Source: Mytilus trossulus (lineage: Eukaryota). Taken from it: a stretch of 64,000 bases of DNA. The notes under the pieces are model-generated. The model saw only the letters and a list, made by a program, of their open reading frames with translations. It was not told where the DNA came from and ran no database searches. A program made the position numbers and the translations under genes. Shown here in pieces: positions 1-11,760 of this stretch (positions are counted from its first letter, which is position 1; the number at the start of each line of letters is the position of its first letter). Location: NCBI RefSeq assembly GCF_036588685.1, contig NW_026963309.1, forward strand, positions 620,001-684,000. Reading direction: 5' to 3'.

Positions 1-852
1 ACTGAAACCTCTACCACACACATCACAATCATGAGGTTTATCTCTAGTATGTGTTCTCTCGTTTATTTTTAGGTGATTACCTCCAGAAAATTCTCTAGGA
101 CAAAAATCCCATTTGCGAGGTTTTTCACCAGTATGTGTTTTCGTGTGTCTCTTTAAGGAACTACTGTGACTAAATTCTCTAGCACAAACATCACATTTAT
201 GTAGTTTATTACTATCCTGTGTTCTTATTTGTTCCTGTTGAGTACCATTAATTGTGACTAAATCCTCTGTTCTTATTTGTCCCTGTTGAGTACAATTAAT
301 TGTGACTAAATCCTCTGTTCTTATTTGTCCCTGTTGAGTACCATAAATTGTGACTAAATCTTGTGTTCTTATTTGTCCCTGTTGAGTTCCATTAATTGTG
401 ACTAAATCCTCTGTTCTTATTTGTCCCTGTTGAGTATCAATAATTGTGACTAAATCCTCTGTTCCTATTTGTCCCTGCTGAGTATCATTAATTGTGACTA
501 AATCCTCTGTTCGTATTTGTCCCTGTTGAGTACCATTAATTGTGACTAAATCTTCTGTTCTTATTTGTCCCTGTTGAGTACCATTAATTGTGACTAAATC
601 CTCTGTTCTTATTTGTCCCTGTTGAGTACCATTAATTGTGACTAAATCCTCTGTTCTTATTTGTCCCTGTTGAGTACCATTTATTGTGACTAAACCCTCT
701 GTTCTTATTTGTCCCTGTTGAGTGCCATTAATTGTGACTAAATCTTCTACCTCGTACATCCTATTAATAAGGTTTACCTCCAGCATATGTGTTTGTTCGT
801 GTATGTCTCTGTAAGGAAAAAATGAAGACTTAAATATATGTTTTGTAGACAT
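1..852 (-). CDS. C2H2 zinc-finger protein, paralogue 1 (5' part; continues off the window's left edge)
   Basis: Near-identical to 12960-13763: ATG at 852, 11 copies of the 48-bp repeat, then fingers CDVCAREFSHSSSLKRH, WDFC..., CDVCGRGF. Missing from the ORF track because its stop lies outside the window. Confidence 0.85.
   Translation of the reverse strand, partial: MSTKHIFKSSFFPYRDIHEQTHMLEVNLINRMYEVEDLVTINGTQQGQIRTEGLVTINGTQQGQIRTEDLVTINGTQQGQIRTEDLVTINGTQQGQIRTEDLVTINGTQQGQIRTEDLVTINDTQQGQIGTEDLVTIIDTQQGQIRTEDLVTINGTQQGQIRTQDLVTIYGTQQGQIRTEDLVTINCTQQGQIRTEDLVTINGTQQEQIRTQDSNKLHKCDVCAREFSHSSSLKRHTKTHTGEKPRKWDFCPREFSGGNHLKINERTHTRDKPHDCDVCGRGFS
218..748 (-). repeat. 48-bp coding minisatellite, 11 copies (EDLVTINGTQQGQIRT)
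   Basis: Unit (plus strand) tgttcttatttgtccctgttgagtaccattaattgtgactaaatcctc, counted directly. Confidence 0.9.
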
Positions 853-2627
853 TGTTTAGGTGCAAAAATAAAGAGATCTTCAGGTTCTAGACGCTGTATG
901 AATGTAAGTAAGTAAGTAAGTAAATTTTATTTAGAGTCGGCATATATATTCCTTTTTTATACATGATAACAGAGAAAACGTGAGCTCTGGTGAGCTCTTT
1001 ATTAACCGACTATATGTGTACAAATTAAACTATAATGCGGCTGAGTTGTTATCTAATGTTTCGTAGCATTTTGTTCCTGTAAGACCCAAACATGCAGTTA
1101 ATAAAAAAAGAATCTAGACTTTATGTTCGTTTCGTGTATCTAACTTTGAAATTGTTTTGGTAAATTATAAATTACTTATTGAAATGTCAGGTTACAAACC
1201 CGCATTAATAGCTTGGACAAAATGGCTACCGCTTGAAAAAAACGACTGTGTAGAGATGGTTTTATAAAAGCTACATTTTTTGAACTCACGAACAATGAGG
1301 CAAATGTTTGTTCTTTCGGTAGATGTTATTATTTTGTAAATAAACTCATAGATAAATAAGAGTCCACCTGGAAAATCAAAAAAAGTGTTGTAAATATGGA
1401 CTTAGAATGAAAAATTGAGTTGTAACTTTGTCGTCAAAAATGTTATAGAAATGAACTTGCGCAAAGATATGAAGAGGTACATGACAACAAAATATCATTT
1501 CATCATCAAAACAGAAAAGTCCTAAAATAAAACCAAAAGAACTGAATATAAAGAATGATATTTGTCATGTGCAACAAAGAAGGCTGTTGGTGCTTGATTG
1601 AGTCCTTAAAGTTTTATTTTTAAAATCATAAAAAAACTATTTAAGTCTTAAAGACACCAAAGACAGGAACAGGTTGTTGCTTTAAACGAAGATTCAACAC
1701 ACTTACGTTTTATCATTTAATTCCAAGCAGACAAAGAATAATTATGCATTATGAGTTTCTCCTTCAATCGGAGGAATATTCGTTTTAATTACAATTAAAA
1801 TGATGACTCCTGCCATGTGTCTGTATGTCATTTTATTAATATGATAGCCATTCCAAGCTGGCAAAGAATAATACATTATGAGGTACTCCTTCGTTGGAGG
1901 AATATTCGTGTTAAATTTACAATTATGACTCCTACCTGCAAACTGTATCTATGTGTTTGTTGTATGTGTTTTTTACTAACATCCATAGCTTTATTTATAC
2001 TGTATGTTGAAAACTAACAAAACTCAATAGCATGACAAATTTTTAGCAATACTCTAACTAAAACACATGTATAACCCGTAGTCATAATTGAAAATCACAT
2101 CATTAATTAACATGAAATTGTATTACTCATATTGTTTCATTCTTGCATTTCCCTTTAACTTTTTTTTCACACCTTTTATATAAATTAAAAATTGGATACC
2201 GTGTTTTTATTCCAAATAAATAGATCACATCTTTGATTATTATTATAGTCTGAATTATATCCCCGTAAGCATTATATCTGAAGCTATAGGAATATTAAAA
2301 AAAACATATAGACAATTGTACAAACACATTAACAATACATGGTTATGGCATACACGCATACACCATTGAGATAATAAACTGACAATTATTAAATTTACTG
2401 TTAAATGAGAGTGACATGCATGCAGTGGTAGTCACACGAAAAAAAGACTATCAATGTTCATGAACAAAATGATAAACAAAAAAATAGTATACATATTAAA
2501 AAAATATAAATTATACAGATTTCTTAATAAAAAACTACTATTCAGAAGTGTGGTTATATGCCTCTGTGTTATATATATCTTAATGCAATATAATAGAATT
2601 GAAATTAAGATAAATATTAATATTTTG

Positions 2628-2852
2628 TTAATAGGTATCCCCCAATGTTAAATAGCATGAACAGACTGGGAAGAAATGGTATTCATCCTCAATTTCTTGT
2701 CTGTTACAGAATAAGCACTCTTGATTTCTTTCAATGTTGGTACATAGTTCCCCCTTTCTGAATTGCAAGGGAATGGGCATTAGGTTTAAACTAACTGAGA
2801 ACTGATCTGTCAGTTTTATTTTTACATATATCAATATAGGGGCCTTTTCCAA
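2628..2852 (-). mobile_element. Decayed LINE ORF2 C-terminal fragment (second copy at ~45720-45935)
   Basis: NIERNQECLFCNRQEIEDEYHFFPVC matches the C-terminal CxxC...EDExHF..C motif of non-LTR ORF2. Confidence 0.7.
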
Positions 2853-3049
2853 TTATTTTAGTCTTACACAAGAAATTTCGTTTTACATATTTATGGATAG
2901 GACAGTTCCTGGTCAAAGATTCTTTTTAGGATAGTATTTATATAATATTTTAAATTAATGACCAGACGTCAAATATAAGATGGCTAACACCTAAATCATT
3001 TAACCAGTCATTTACAATGTTGACTAATAAGTGATCATCCTCTCGCTAA

Positions 3050-3866
3050 AGCCTCTGTCACACCTTATCGGATAGCTCGAACGGACGCCTAACGGATAAC
3101 TTTTTATCAATCCGTTCATGTCCGTTAGACGTCCGTGCTTATCCGTTAGGCGTACGTCCATATCCGTTAAGCGTCCGTTAAGCGACCGTTTTATCCGTTG
3201 ACATCCGTTTTGTCCGATGGAAAATTTTGAGCATGTTCACCGGATAGAACGGATGTCAACGGATAAAACGGACGCTTAACGGACGCCTAACGGATATGGA
3301 CGGACGCCTAACGGATAAGAACGGACGTCCAACGGATAAAATGTCCGTTGAACGCCCGTTAGGCGTCCGTTTTGTACGGTACTCGTCCGTTTTATATCCG
3401 TTACGTGTCCGTTATGCATCCGTTGGAGATCCGGTAGACCAATTCACCAACGGACGTCTACCGGACTCCTAACGGATAAAACGGATGTGAAACGAACATT
3501 AACGGAAGGATAACGGATAAAACGGATGCCTACCGGATGTAAAACGGACAAATGCCAATTGAAATTTCTCATGGTTTATTGCCTTTAATTTTCAGAATAT
3601 TTTGTTCATCCGTTTTATCCGTTTTGCTTCCGTTAGGTGTCCGTTTTATCCGGTACTCGTCCGTTGGATGTACGTTCGAAGTCTTTCTTTCCGGTACGTA
3701 TCCGGGTCACGTACGTTCAATGTCCGTTGTGTGTCCGTTAGGCATTCGTTACATGTCCGTTAGTACACCAACGGACTCCCAACGGATGAAAAATTTGTCA
3801 ACGAATAACTTTTTTTTTATCCGTTAGGCGTCCGTTCGAGCTATCCGGTAAGGTGTGACCGAGGCC
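3050..3866. mobile_element. PIF/Harbinger-type non-autonomous element
   Basis: TIRs AGCCTCTGTCACACCTTATCGGATAGCTCGAACGGACGCCTAACGGATA / TATCCGTTAGGCGTCCGTTCGAGCTATCCGGTAAGGTGTGACCGAGGCC, TAA on both flanks, interior rich in AACGGA/TCCGTT. Confidence 0.8.
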
Positions 3867-4789
3867 TAATGAAACCGATAGCTTCAAATAGACTCCACTC
3901 ATCAAACACTATGAGACAACAAGAAAAAGTTAAAAGTTCTGGATGATGAATCCCGTTTCTTTATATTTTGTAAAATATACAAGTGTGGACACAGATGAGT
4001 GTGGATAGTATATATTTCGGACACTGTCTTATGACAAAAGGAGTTCTATGTTTTTCCTATATGGTGTTATTAACTGTGTTGCACGATGACAACCAATCTC
4101 AGCATTAGAAGTGTTATTTATAAAAAAAATATATATGTTATAGACGGGCATGTAGGAGACAGTAATTACATTAGTTACCAAATGATGATGATATAATATG
4201 TTTTACATCTTTGGTTTTGAATACATTTTGTAGCTAGGAGAGCAACACATAATAGGTTCATTTTTCACGTGTTTTTATTTCTAAATGGGAGATGATATCT
4301 AGTAAAATATATAATTATATAAGACATGTCTCCGTGTTAAAACCCCAACTTCGACTTTGAGATGAAGAACAGCAATAGAATGGCTGTTCCTTTGGTTTGA
4401 GTGTGTTTGTGTGTGTGTGTGTGGATTTTTTGTTTTGCTTCTCTACTGATGATGTGTCATGGATAGATACCACATATCCTTTTTTTCTATCAGTTGATGT
4501 TACAATCTTATTAAAATATCGATCTCTTTGTTTTAACAACAAAGTTTGAACCCGACACATACTTCTTTAAACAGGTACCATCTGGTCAGATTCTGACAAT
4601 GTGAAGAGAGAGAGAAAGCCAAGTAAAGATCATAATCAGCCATATACATGTATATAGTAGCTACTTTATTAAGAATCAGTATCACAAAACTTCACTGGTC
4701 AGCAAAACGTAGAATAAGAAAATATTGTCCTTACCGGACTCCACATTTTTTGTTCGCCACCGCTTCGGGGTACCTATATCAATTATGTT

Positions 4790-4832
4790 CACCTGATGCG
4801 CGTTTAATTTACAAAAGTTTCATCAGTGATGC
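4790..4832 (-). ncRNA. Degenerate type I hammerhead ribozyme motif
   Basis: Minus strand GCATCA-CTGATGA-...-TAAA-C-GCGC-A-TC-AGGTG. GAAA is mutated and stem II disrupted, so likely inactive. Confidence 0.5.
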
Positions 4833-5001
4833 TACAATAAACAAAAGTTAAAAAGACTAAATATGAAATGACTACTTAGTCTAAGCAATTGAAAACTTTG
4901 ATAGATTGAAGAAACGGTGATTGCCGGAACAAATTATAAGCTGTAGGGAGCGCAAACATATAAACCCCTTTAGAAAAGCCAGTTGGGGAATAAAAAGACA
5001 A

Positions 5002-5990
5002 TAAACGGGAATGTGTTCATGAGACACAGATGATGCCCCGCTTGCATATCATTTAAAGTTATAAAAGAACTTACTGAAGAACGGTTAAAGTGATGCAGCT
5101 CAAATATGTACTGCATCATAGTTTTGTATGTGTATAAGTTTCATAACATTTGGTTAAGGCAAACTTAAGTTAAAGAACGGAAACGAAAAATTCAGCAATT
5201 TGTCCATGTGTAAAGGGGCATAACTCTAAAACAGTAAAAGTGACGCCAACAAAATTCAAACTTGATCTGTATGTTGTGGAAATAAGCATTATGTATAAGT
5301 TTAATAACATTTGGTTGAGGCTTACTTAAGTTAGAGAATTGAAACGAAAAACTCAGCATTTTTTTCATTTGTAAAGGAGCATAACTCTAGAAGAGTTATC
5401 GTAACAACACCATCGAAATTGATCCGTGTTTTGTGGTAATAAGCATTTTGTACAAATTTCATAACATTTGGTTGAGGCTAACTTAAGTTAGAGAACGAAA
5501 ACGAAAAATTCAGCAATTTGTATACGACCGCAAAAATTTAAAAAAAAATGGTCGTATATTAGTATCACGTAGTCGTCGTCGTCGGCGTCAGCGTCGTCCG
5601 AAGACAGATGGTTTCCGGATAATAACTTTAGTATAAGGCAATAGAAACCAATAAGTTTTAACGCAAGGTTTGTAACCACTAAAGAAAGATTTGGATTGAT
5701 TTTAGGGGTTATGGTCCTAACAGTTTAGGAACTATTGGCCAAAAAGAGGCCCGAATAGGCATTTTTCTAGTTTGCAGACAATAACGTGTGTTAAAGTGTA
5801 TGGATCTCTCTGAAATTATACCACAAGTTTCCATACCACAAAGGGATGGTTAGGAATGGCTTTCGGGGTTATGGTTCAATCCATTTAGGAATTAGGGTAA
5901 AAAAAAAGGAAAAAAAGGGGGAAACAAGGGTTTCTTGGTTAATGGACAATTAAGACAATTTGAAAGCAGTGTTAGGGAGGTAATCTAAAA
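5002..5990. mobile_element. Two nested Helentron/Helitron-associated non-autonomous elements with ~160-bp internal tandem units
   Basis: Repeated units (aagtttcataacatttggttgaggc...aaaggggcataactct), a (GTC)n tract and a terminal hairpin tatacgacc...ggtcgtata. Related sequence at 47497-48286. Confidence 0.6.
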
Positions 5991-6327
5991 GTAATCCAAA
6001 CATAATATATTGAGTTACCTCCCTTATACTGCTCTAAAAATTAAGTATAAAGAAATATTAAAATTGAGAATGGAAATGGGGAATGGTTCAAAAAGACAAC
6101 AATCCGACCATAGAGCAGACAACAGCAAAAGGTCACTTTTCTTGAGATGGTTAGCAGTCAATTTTTATTTTACGAAAATACTACTAATTTTCTATTATAA
6201 GACTTTTACATTATAAGATGTATTTAAATGGGAAATTATGGTTGCATCTCCAAAGGAAATTTGAAGTGTAATTATGACCAGAACTTGAGGGTAAGATTTA
6301 CAAGTTAGTAACTTACAAGTTAGCTAA

Positions 6328-7720
6328 GGCCGTGTTCACACCAAACGCCGTGTAGAGTAAACATGTTTACAATTAGTTTAGTGTAGACTAAGTGTACACT
6401 GGTTTCACATTACATTTGTTCACATCTATACACCTTGTTTAGCTACCTGTACATAAGATGTGTTCCAACTTGTAAACTATATGTCATTTAAATGTTCATT
6501 ACGTAAAACTGAATTCATTTTGGAAATTTTTTCTAGCGGTAAGGGAACACCATTTGACTTCAAAAGGGGGGTGGGGGATGGGAATGGAAGAATTCCGATC
6601 CCCAATTTGATAAAAAAAAAAAAAATGATCATACAGATGATAAAAAAAATATTTTGAATCAAGAGTTTCCCCATACATTATGGTGTTAAATATTGAAAAA
6701 AAGTATTTGATCACCAGCATCGAAAAAAAGGAATAAAAACGTACGCGCGAAAAAAAACTGAATCAGATAAAAAAAAAAAATCCCCCTTTTTTTAAGTTAA
6801 GTGGTGGCTACTTTATGAAAGCCATTTTTATAATTTGCAGTATTTTGAATAAACTAGAGATGTCTCGATAACGCATTAGAAAACGATAGCTGCAACAGCG
6901 TGCTTGCAGCCGAAAAAAAAGGATTGAGATATTAGGATTACTACATTTTTATCTTTTCTGTTCGTTTCAAATGGTATTTCTTCTCCAAGGAGTATTTGGT
7001 AAAGGAATAGGGTAACGTTTTTTTTAAATTTATTTTACGTGTTATTTAACGGATCTGAGATTCTAGACAAACATACCATTTACCTCACACTTTTTTAAGT
7101 CATGCATGTATGCGTGAATCGTTTTTTGAGTAAAGACCAGTGGTGAATATTTCTGTGTACGTCAAGTCGGTAAGACCTTTTCAAATGAATTAGGCAGCAA
7201 CAATTTACTTCATTTTTTGTGGAGGGGGATGGGGGCGTGAGCTATTGATTTTTCAAAAACAAAATCCATAGCTCACCACCGCACCCCTTTGCCTTTATGT
7301 TTTATACTCAACTATAATAGCCCCCCCCCCCCCCCCCCGAAAATCAATTGGTTGCTGCCTTTTGGGTTCGGCAATGATGCTGCTTTGAGTCTTGATTAGG
7401 GGTTAATAAAGTACGTTATTTTTTTTTAACAAAAAAAAATCTGTAAAATTTAGACAACTAATAATGATCAAAAATATCAATTTTACTCAAAAATAGTTTC
7501 CTCCTTAAATATATACACGATAAAACTAATTTCCTAAATGCCTAGTATTGTGTACACTTAACCTACACAAGGCCTACATTGACTATCGACTGTGTGTAGG
7601 TAAAACAGGATTTAAACTACATGTAAACATTGAGTTTTATCAATGGGAACGCAATTGTGTTTAGTTTACGTGTGAGTTACACTAACACAACACCGAATTT
7701 AGGTCAATGTGAACACGGCC
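6328..7720. mobile_element. PIF/Harbinger-type non-autonomous element with nested insertions
   Basis: TIR GGCCGTGTTCACA / TGTGAACACGGCC, TAA TSD on both sides. Confidence 0.8.
7193..7359. mobile_element. Small MITE (same family as 49211-49511)
   Basis: GGCAGCAACAATT ... AATTGGTTGCTGCC terminal inverted repeats. Confidence 0.6.
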
Positions 7721-8415
7721 TAACTTGTTTAAACTACTTATAGCTAACTTGTTTAAACGACATAGCTAACTTGTTATAACGACTAAGCTTATTTAACTCG
7801 ATATAACAAGTTAGAAAATCTAACCTAATGTTTATGCTCTTACAATACAATAACATAAATCTTTAATGAATGAATCCAATAAAGTCTTTAGAAGAAAAAA
7901 AATCTTGTCTTTGTAATTTATCTCTAGTAGCATTCGTCTCAACTTGGCCGATTCCGTACCCTCATCTAAGATAGAAGCCGGAAAGTAACGGATTCTACCG
8001 AGGATAGCCGAATGTCATCAGTAGTTATTCTAATATGTTTCTTTATAAGATGATTCACCACTTTCAATAAATCCTTTACCACATACATCACAGTCAGGAG
8101 GTTTAATCGTATGTATGTGTTCTCATTTTTGACTCCTAGGAGTCGATATTAAGAATTGAACGATGGACACTTAGGAAGTGAATTTTTCTTGCGACCTGAT
8201 TGGAAGATATCACGAGACGTGAATAATCAAAATTTATTGATCGGTTAGGACAATCCAAACCTAGTAAATGTCCTTCAATCCCTAGAGTGTCGGATTTGTC
8301 GTCTCTATTTTAGCGATAAGATTTTTTTCCATTTTCATCAGCTAAGAGTCGAATATAGCACTTTTTGAAAGGCTATCGCTTGTGTGAATTTGTGAATAAC
8401 GCAGAGTTAACCTTA

Positions 8416-11400
8416 TTTATCCTGCAATTGGGTGTCCTACTATACAGATACAGCCCTACAGATATCTATGGAACGCCATAGCTGTCTTATGTGTCTTTTT
8501 TATTGCTTTTCTATTATAAGATGGTGCTTTTCTATTATAAGATGGTGGTTTTCTATTATAAGATGATGGTTTTCTATTATAAGATGGTGCTTTTCTATTA
8601 TAAGATGATGGTTTTCTATTATAAGATGGTGCTTTTCTATTATAAGATGGTGGTTTTCTATTATAAGATGATGGTTTTCTATTATAAGATGGTGCTTTTC
8701 TATTATAAGATGATGGTTTTCTATTATAAGATGGTGCTTTTCTATTATAAGATGGTGCTTTTCTATTATAAGATGGTGCTTTTCTATTTTAAGATGAAGG
8801 TTTTCTATTATAAGATGGTGCTTTTCTATTATAAGATGGTGGTTTTCTGTTAAACTTATAAGGTGCTTTTCTATTATAAGGTGCTTTTCTATTATAAGGT
8901 GCTTTTTTATTATAAGGTGGTTTTCTATTATAAGGTGGTTTTCTATTATAAGGTGCTTTTCTATTATAAGGTGCTTTTTTATTATAAGGTGCTTTTCTAT
9001 TATAAGGTGCTTTTCTATTATAAGGTGCTTTTTTATTAACCCCCAGGGGTATAAATGTGCATTTCATTAATAAATAAATAAATAAAATAAATTAATAAAA
9101 ACTTTGAGCTCAAAATATTGACTTGAGTAAGTTCACCAGCACACTATTAGACCTGATATATACAAATTCAAATTCTTTATTAACTTTGAGCCTTACGGCT
9201 CATCAGTATAATCAATTACATGTACAATGTATACATATGGCATATTACAAACAATATAAACAATACGCATAATAAACAATAGATGACGTCAGAAGTTTCA
9301 GCAATACAAACTATCTTTTATTACAATAAACTGTTTCTTAATTTAAAAGAGAAATGTATATATTTTCCCAAGTTATACAAATATAAAACATTTATTACAT
9401 GTATTTAATTAGATTACAGTTACTATCTAATTTTGACACCTGTCGTAATCACTAATCAAGCAAATAATCATGTCATTTAAGTTTTCACACCTGAGACATC
9501 AAATACATTTACTAAAAAAAAAAAGTAATTGAATTAACTTATATAATCAGATGGCAATCAGAATCCAAACAAAGATAACAGTGAATTGAACTTTTTATTA
9601 AAGAATGCCAAAACTGGCTCTCTCTTTTTTTTAAAGATAAAACTAGATAGCTGACATGGATTAAATTAAAGTGAGACCACCAATATGCCGGTATCAAATC
9701 ATTTGAAAAAACAACAACAATGTATTCCAATATGACCTTTAACATCGAAGAAGTAAACTTGCATTCAGTCGTGTTCAGACACTTTACAATAGAAAATAAA
9801 GGACGGGCATCGAACACAAAGTTACTTTTGTATAATACTGCACTGTCACTAACTAGTCTGTCACTATATTTAAATTTAAAATTGAGGCAAAATATATTCA
9901 CCATTCGGTGAGGGGTCTGGCGGTAGCTCAAGACCCCCAGAAGCCTTGAAAAAAAATACGCAAAATCGTGCATCCCGAGAGCTTCTCGGACTCTTAGGAG
10001 GCACATTATTTGAGTGTCCTTTCCCTTGGAACCTCAGTCTCCAAAAACAACAAAACACCAGCCAGGTTAAAGACATCAGCCAAGTTGAAAACACCAGCCA
10101 AGTTAAAAAATACCTCAGTCAAAACAGAAAGGTTGTATAAACACCGAAATCTACTAAGATTGAGGTATGCTGATAATGGCAGTCAAGATCATCAGATACT
10201 TCTTACTGACAGTCAAACCTTCTGTGAAGAAAGACAATCCTGTTAATATATTTAAAACCAAAGACCTAAAATACAATTATAGATGTGCGAATCTCTTCAT
10301 GTATCATACATGTCTCTGTTAAACACATCGGCGAATGTGAATTCAGTCCGGTCAACTTTTTTAGCAGAAACATATTTTTTTTTACTATAAATTTATATTT
10401 TCGTATAATTTGTTTTTAAATCTCACAGATTCCTGAATTACTTGGACAAATATTGTCAAAGATATTAACACTTGTTGTCGACAAGTTGAATATATGTACA
10501 GCGTATAACGACGAGTGTGAATACCGTCCGGTCAACTTTATTTGCTCAAAAATATTTTTTTTTTCACTTATTTTGTTTGATTTTCATAAAATATATTTTA
10601 ATATCTTTAAGGTCTACAAATATTAAACCAATCTACCGAATAACAAAAAAGTTATTACTATTTATATCTCGTCCGGTAAACCGTCCTGTCACTATCCGGA
10701 CAATCGTCTTGTCATTAGTGGTTCCCCACACTCCCGGTTAATCACGGGAACCACCATCACATAATAAAAAAGCACCTTATAATAGAAAAGCACCTTATAA
10801 TAGAAAACCACCTTATAATAAAAAAGCACCTTATAATAGAAAACCACCATCTTATAATAGAAAAGCACCATCTTATAATAGAAAAGCACCATCTTATAAT
10901 AGAAAAGCACCATCTTATAATAGAAAAGCACCATCTTATAATAGAAAACCATCATCTTATAATAGAAAAGCACCATCTTATAATAGAAAACCATCATCTT
11001 ATAATAGAAAAGCACCATCTTATAATAGAAAAGCACCATCTTATAATAGAAAAGCAATAAAAAAGACACATAAGACAGCTATGGCGTTCCATAGATATCG
11101 CTATGCTGTATCTGTATACTATACAGATATCGCTTTAAAGCTCCGCCCACTGCCGGATTGAGTATTGTTTGAACCTGTGTGACCTCAGAATGTGTATTCC
11201 CGTTGCATTCCAATGAGCGATGACAATTGTCGATTTCAAAACTTGAATGTGTATGATTGTGTTACAAAATCAACCATGTCAATTTCAGCATGCATGTATA
11301 GTGAAATTCCGTGTCAAGTCTGAAGCATAGGACAACTTGTACACTTCAAATTCAAATTGGACAATGTTTTGTTATTTGTTTTTACTATTGAAATTAGTTG

Positions 11401-11760
11401 TTATGTTAAAATAGATAATTATTCACATTGCGATGTATTATTACTGACCATTCGAGATTATTTTTTTGCGAACCCTTCTTCAGCGTAATGTGTGATTTTG
11501 ATATTACTACGCGGGCCTCAAGGGTTCAAAAAATCGAAAATAAATGCTAAATATGTTAGTTTTTGTGTCTTTCAAAACTGAAACAATATACAGAATTAAT
11601 TGCAGGATAAAGACAATAACTGTTTAGTGTCTTTAAATATCAGCTGTATATGTACTCGGCTCGAAACAGGTGTAGTAGCTCGCTAAAAGCTCGCATACAC
11701 CTTGTTTCCTAGCCTCGTACAAATACAGCTGATATTGAAAGACACTAAACAGTTATTGTC
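8416..11760. mobile_element. Asymmetric hairpin-ended non-autonomous element (Crypton-like) inserted at the ZNF2 stop codon
   Basis: Absent at the equivalent site in paralogues 3 and 4. TTTATCCTGCAATT at 8416 is inverted at 11598-11611, followed by a ~150-bp hairpin at 11612-11760. Confidence 0.65.
8466..11094. mobile_element. Foldback-type DNA element with long TIRs built from 21-bp and 18-bp tandem repeats
   Basis: CTATGGAACGCCATAGCTGTCTTATGTGTC at 8466, exact reverse complement ending at 11094. Arms of (TTTTCTATTATAAGATGGTGC)n then (TTTTCTATTATAAGGTGC)n. Flanks are consistent with an ATAT or TA TSD. Confidence 0.85.

Noticed and set aside
218-748. Regular repeats resembling a CRISPR array (also 57095-57410 and 8500-9030)
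   Set aside because: Head-to-tail units without unique spacers, no cas genes, eukaryotic context.
8491-9067. ORFs with FYYKMV / YNRKAP repeats (also 10692-11069)
   Set aside because: Translations of the 21/18-bp TIR repeats of a foldback element; no evidence of coding.
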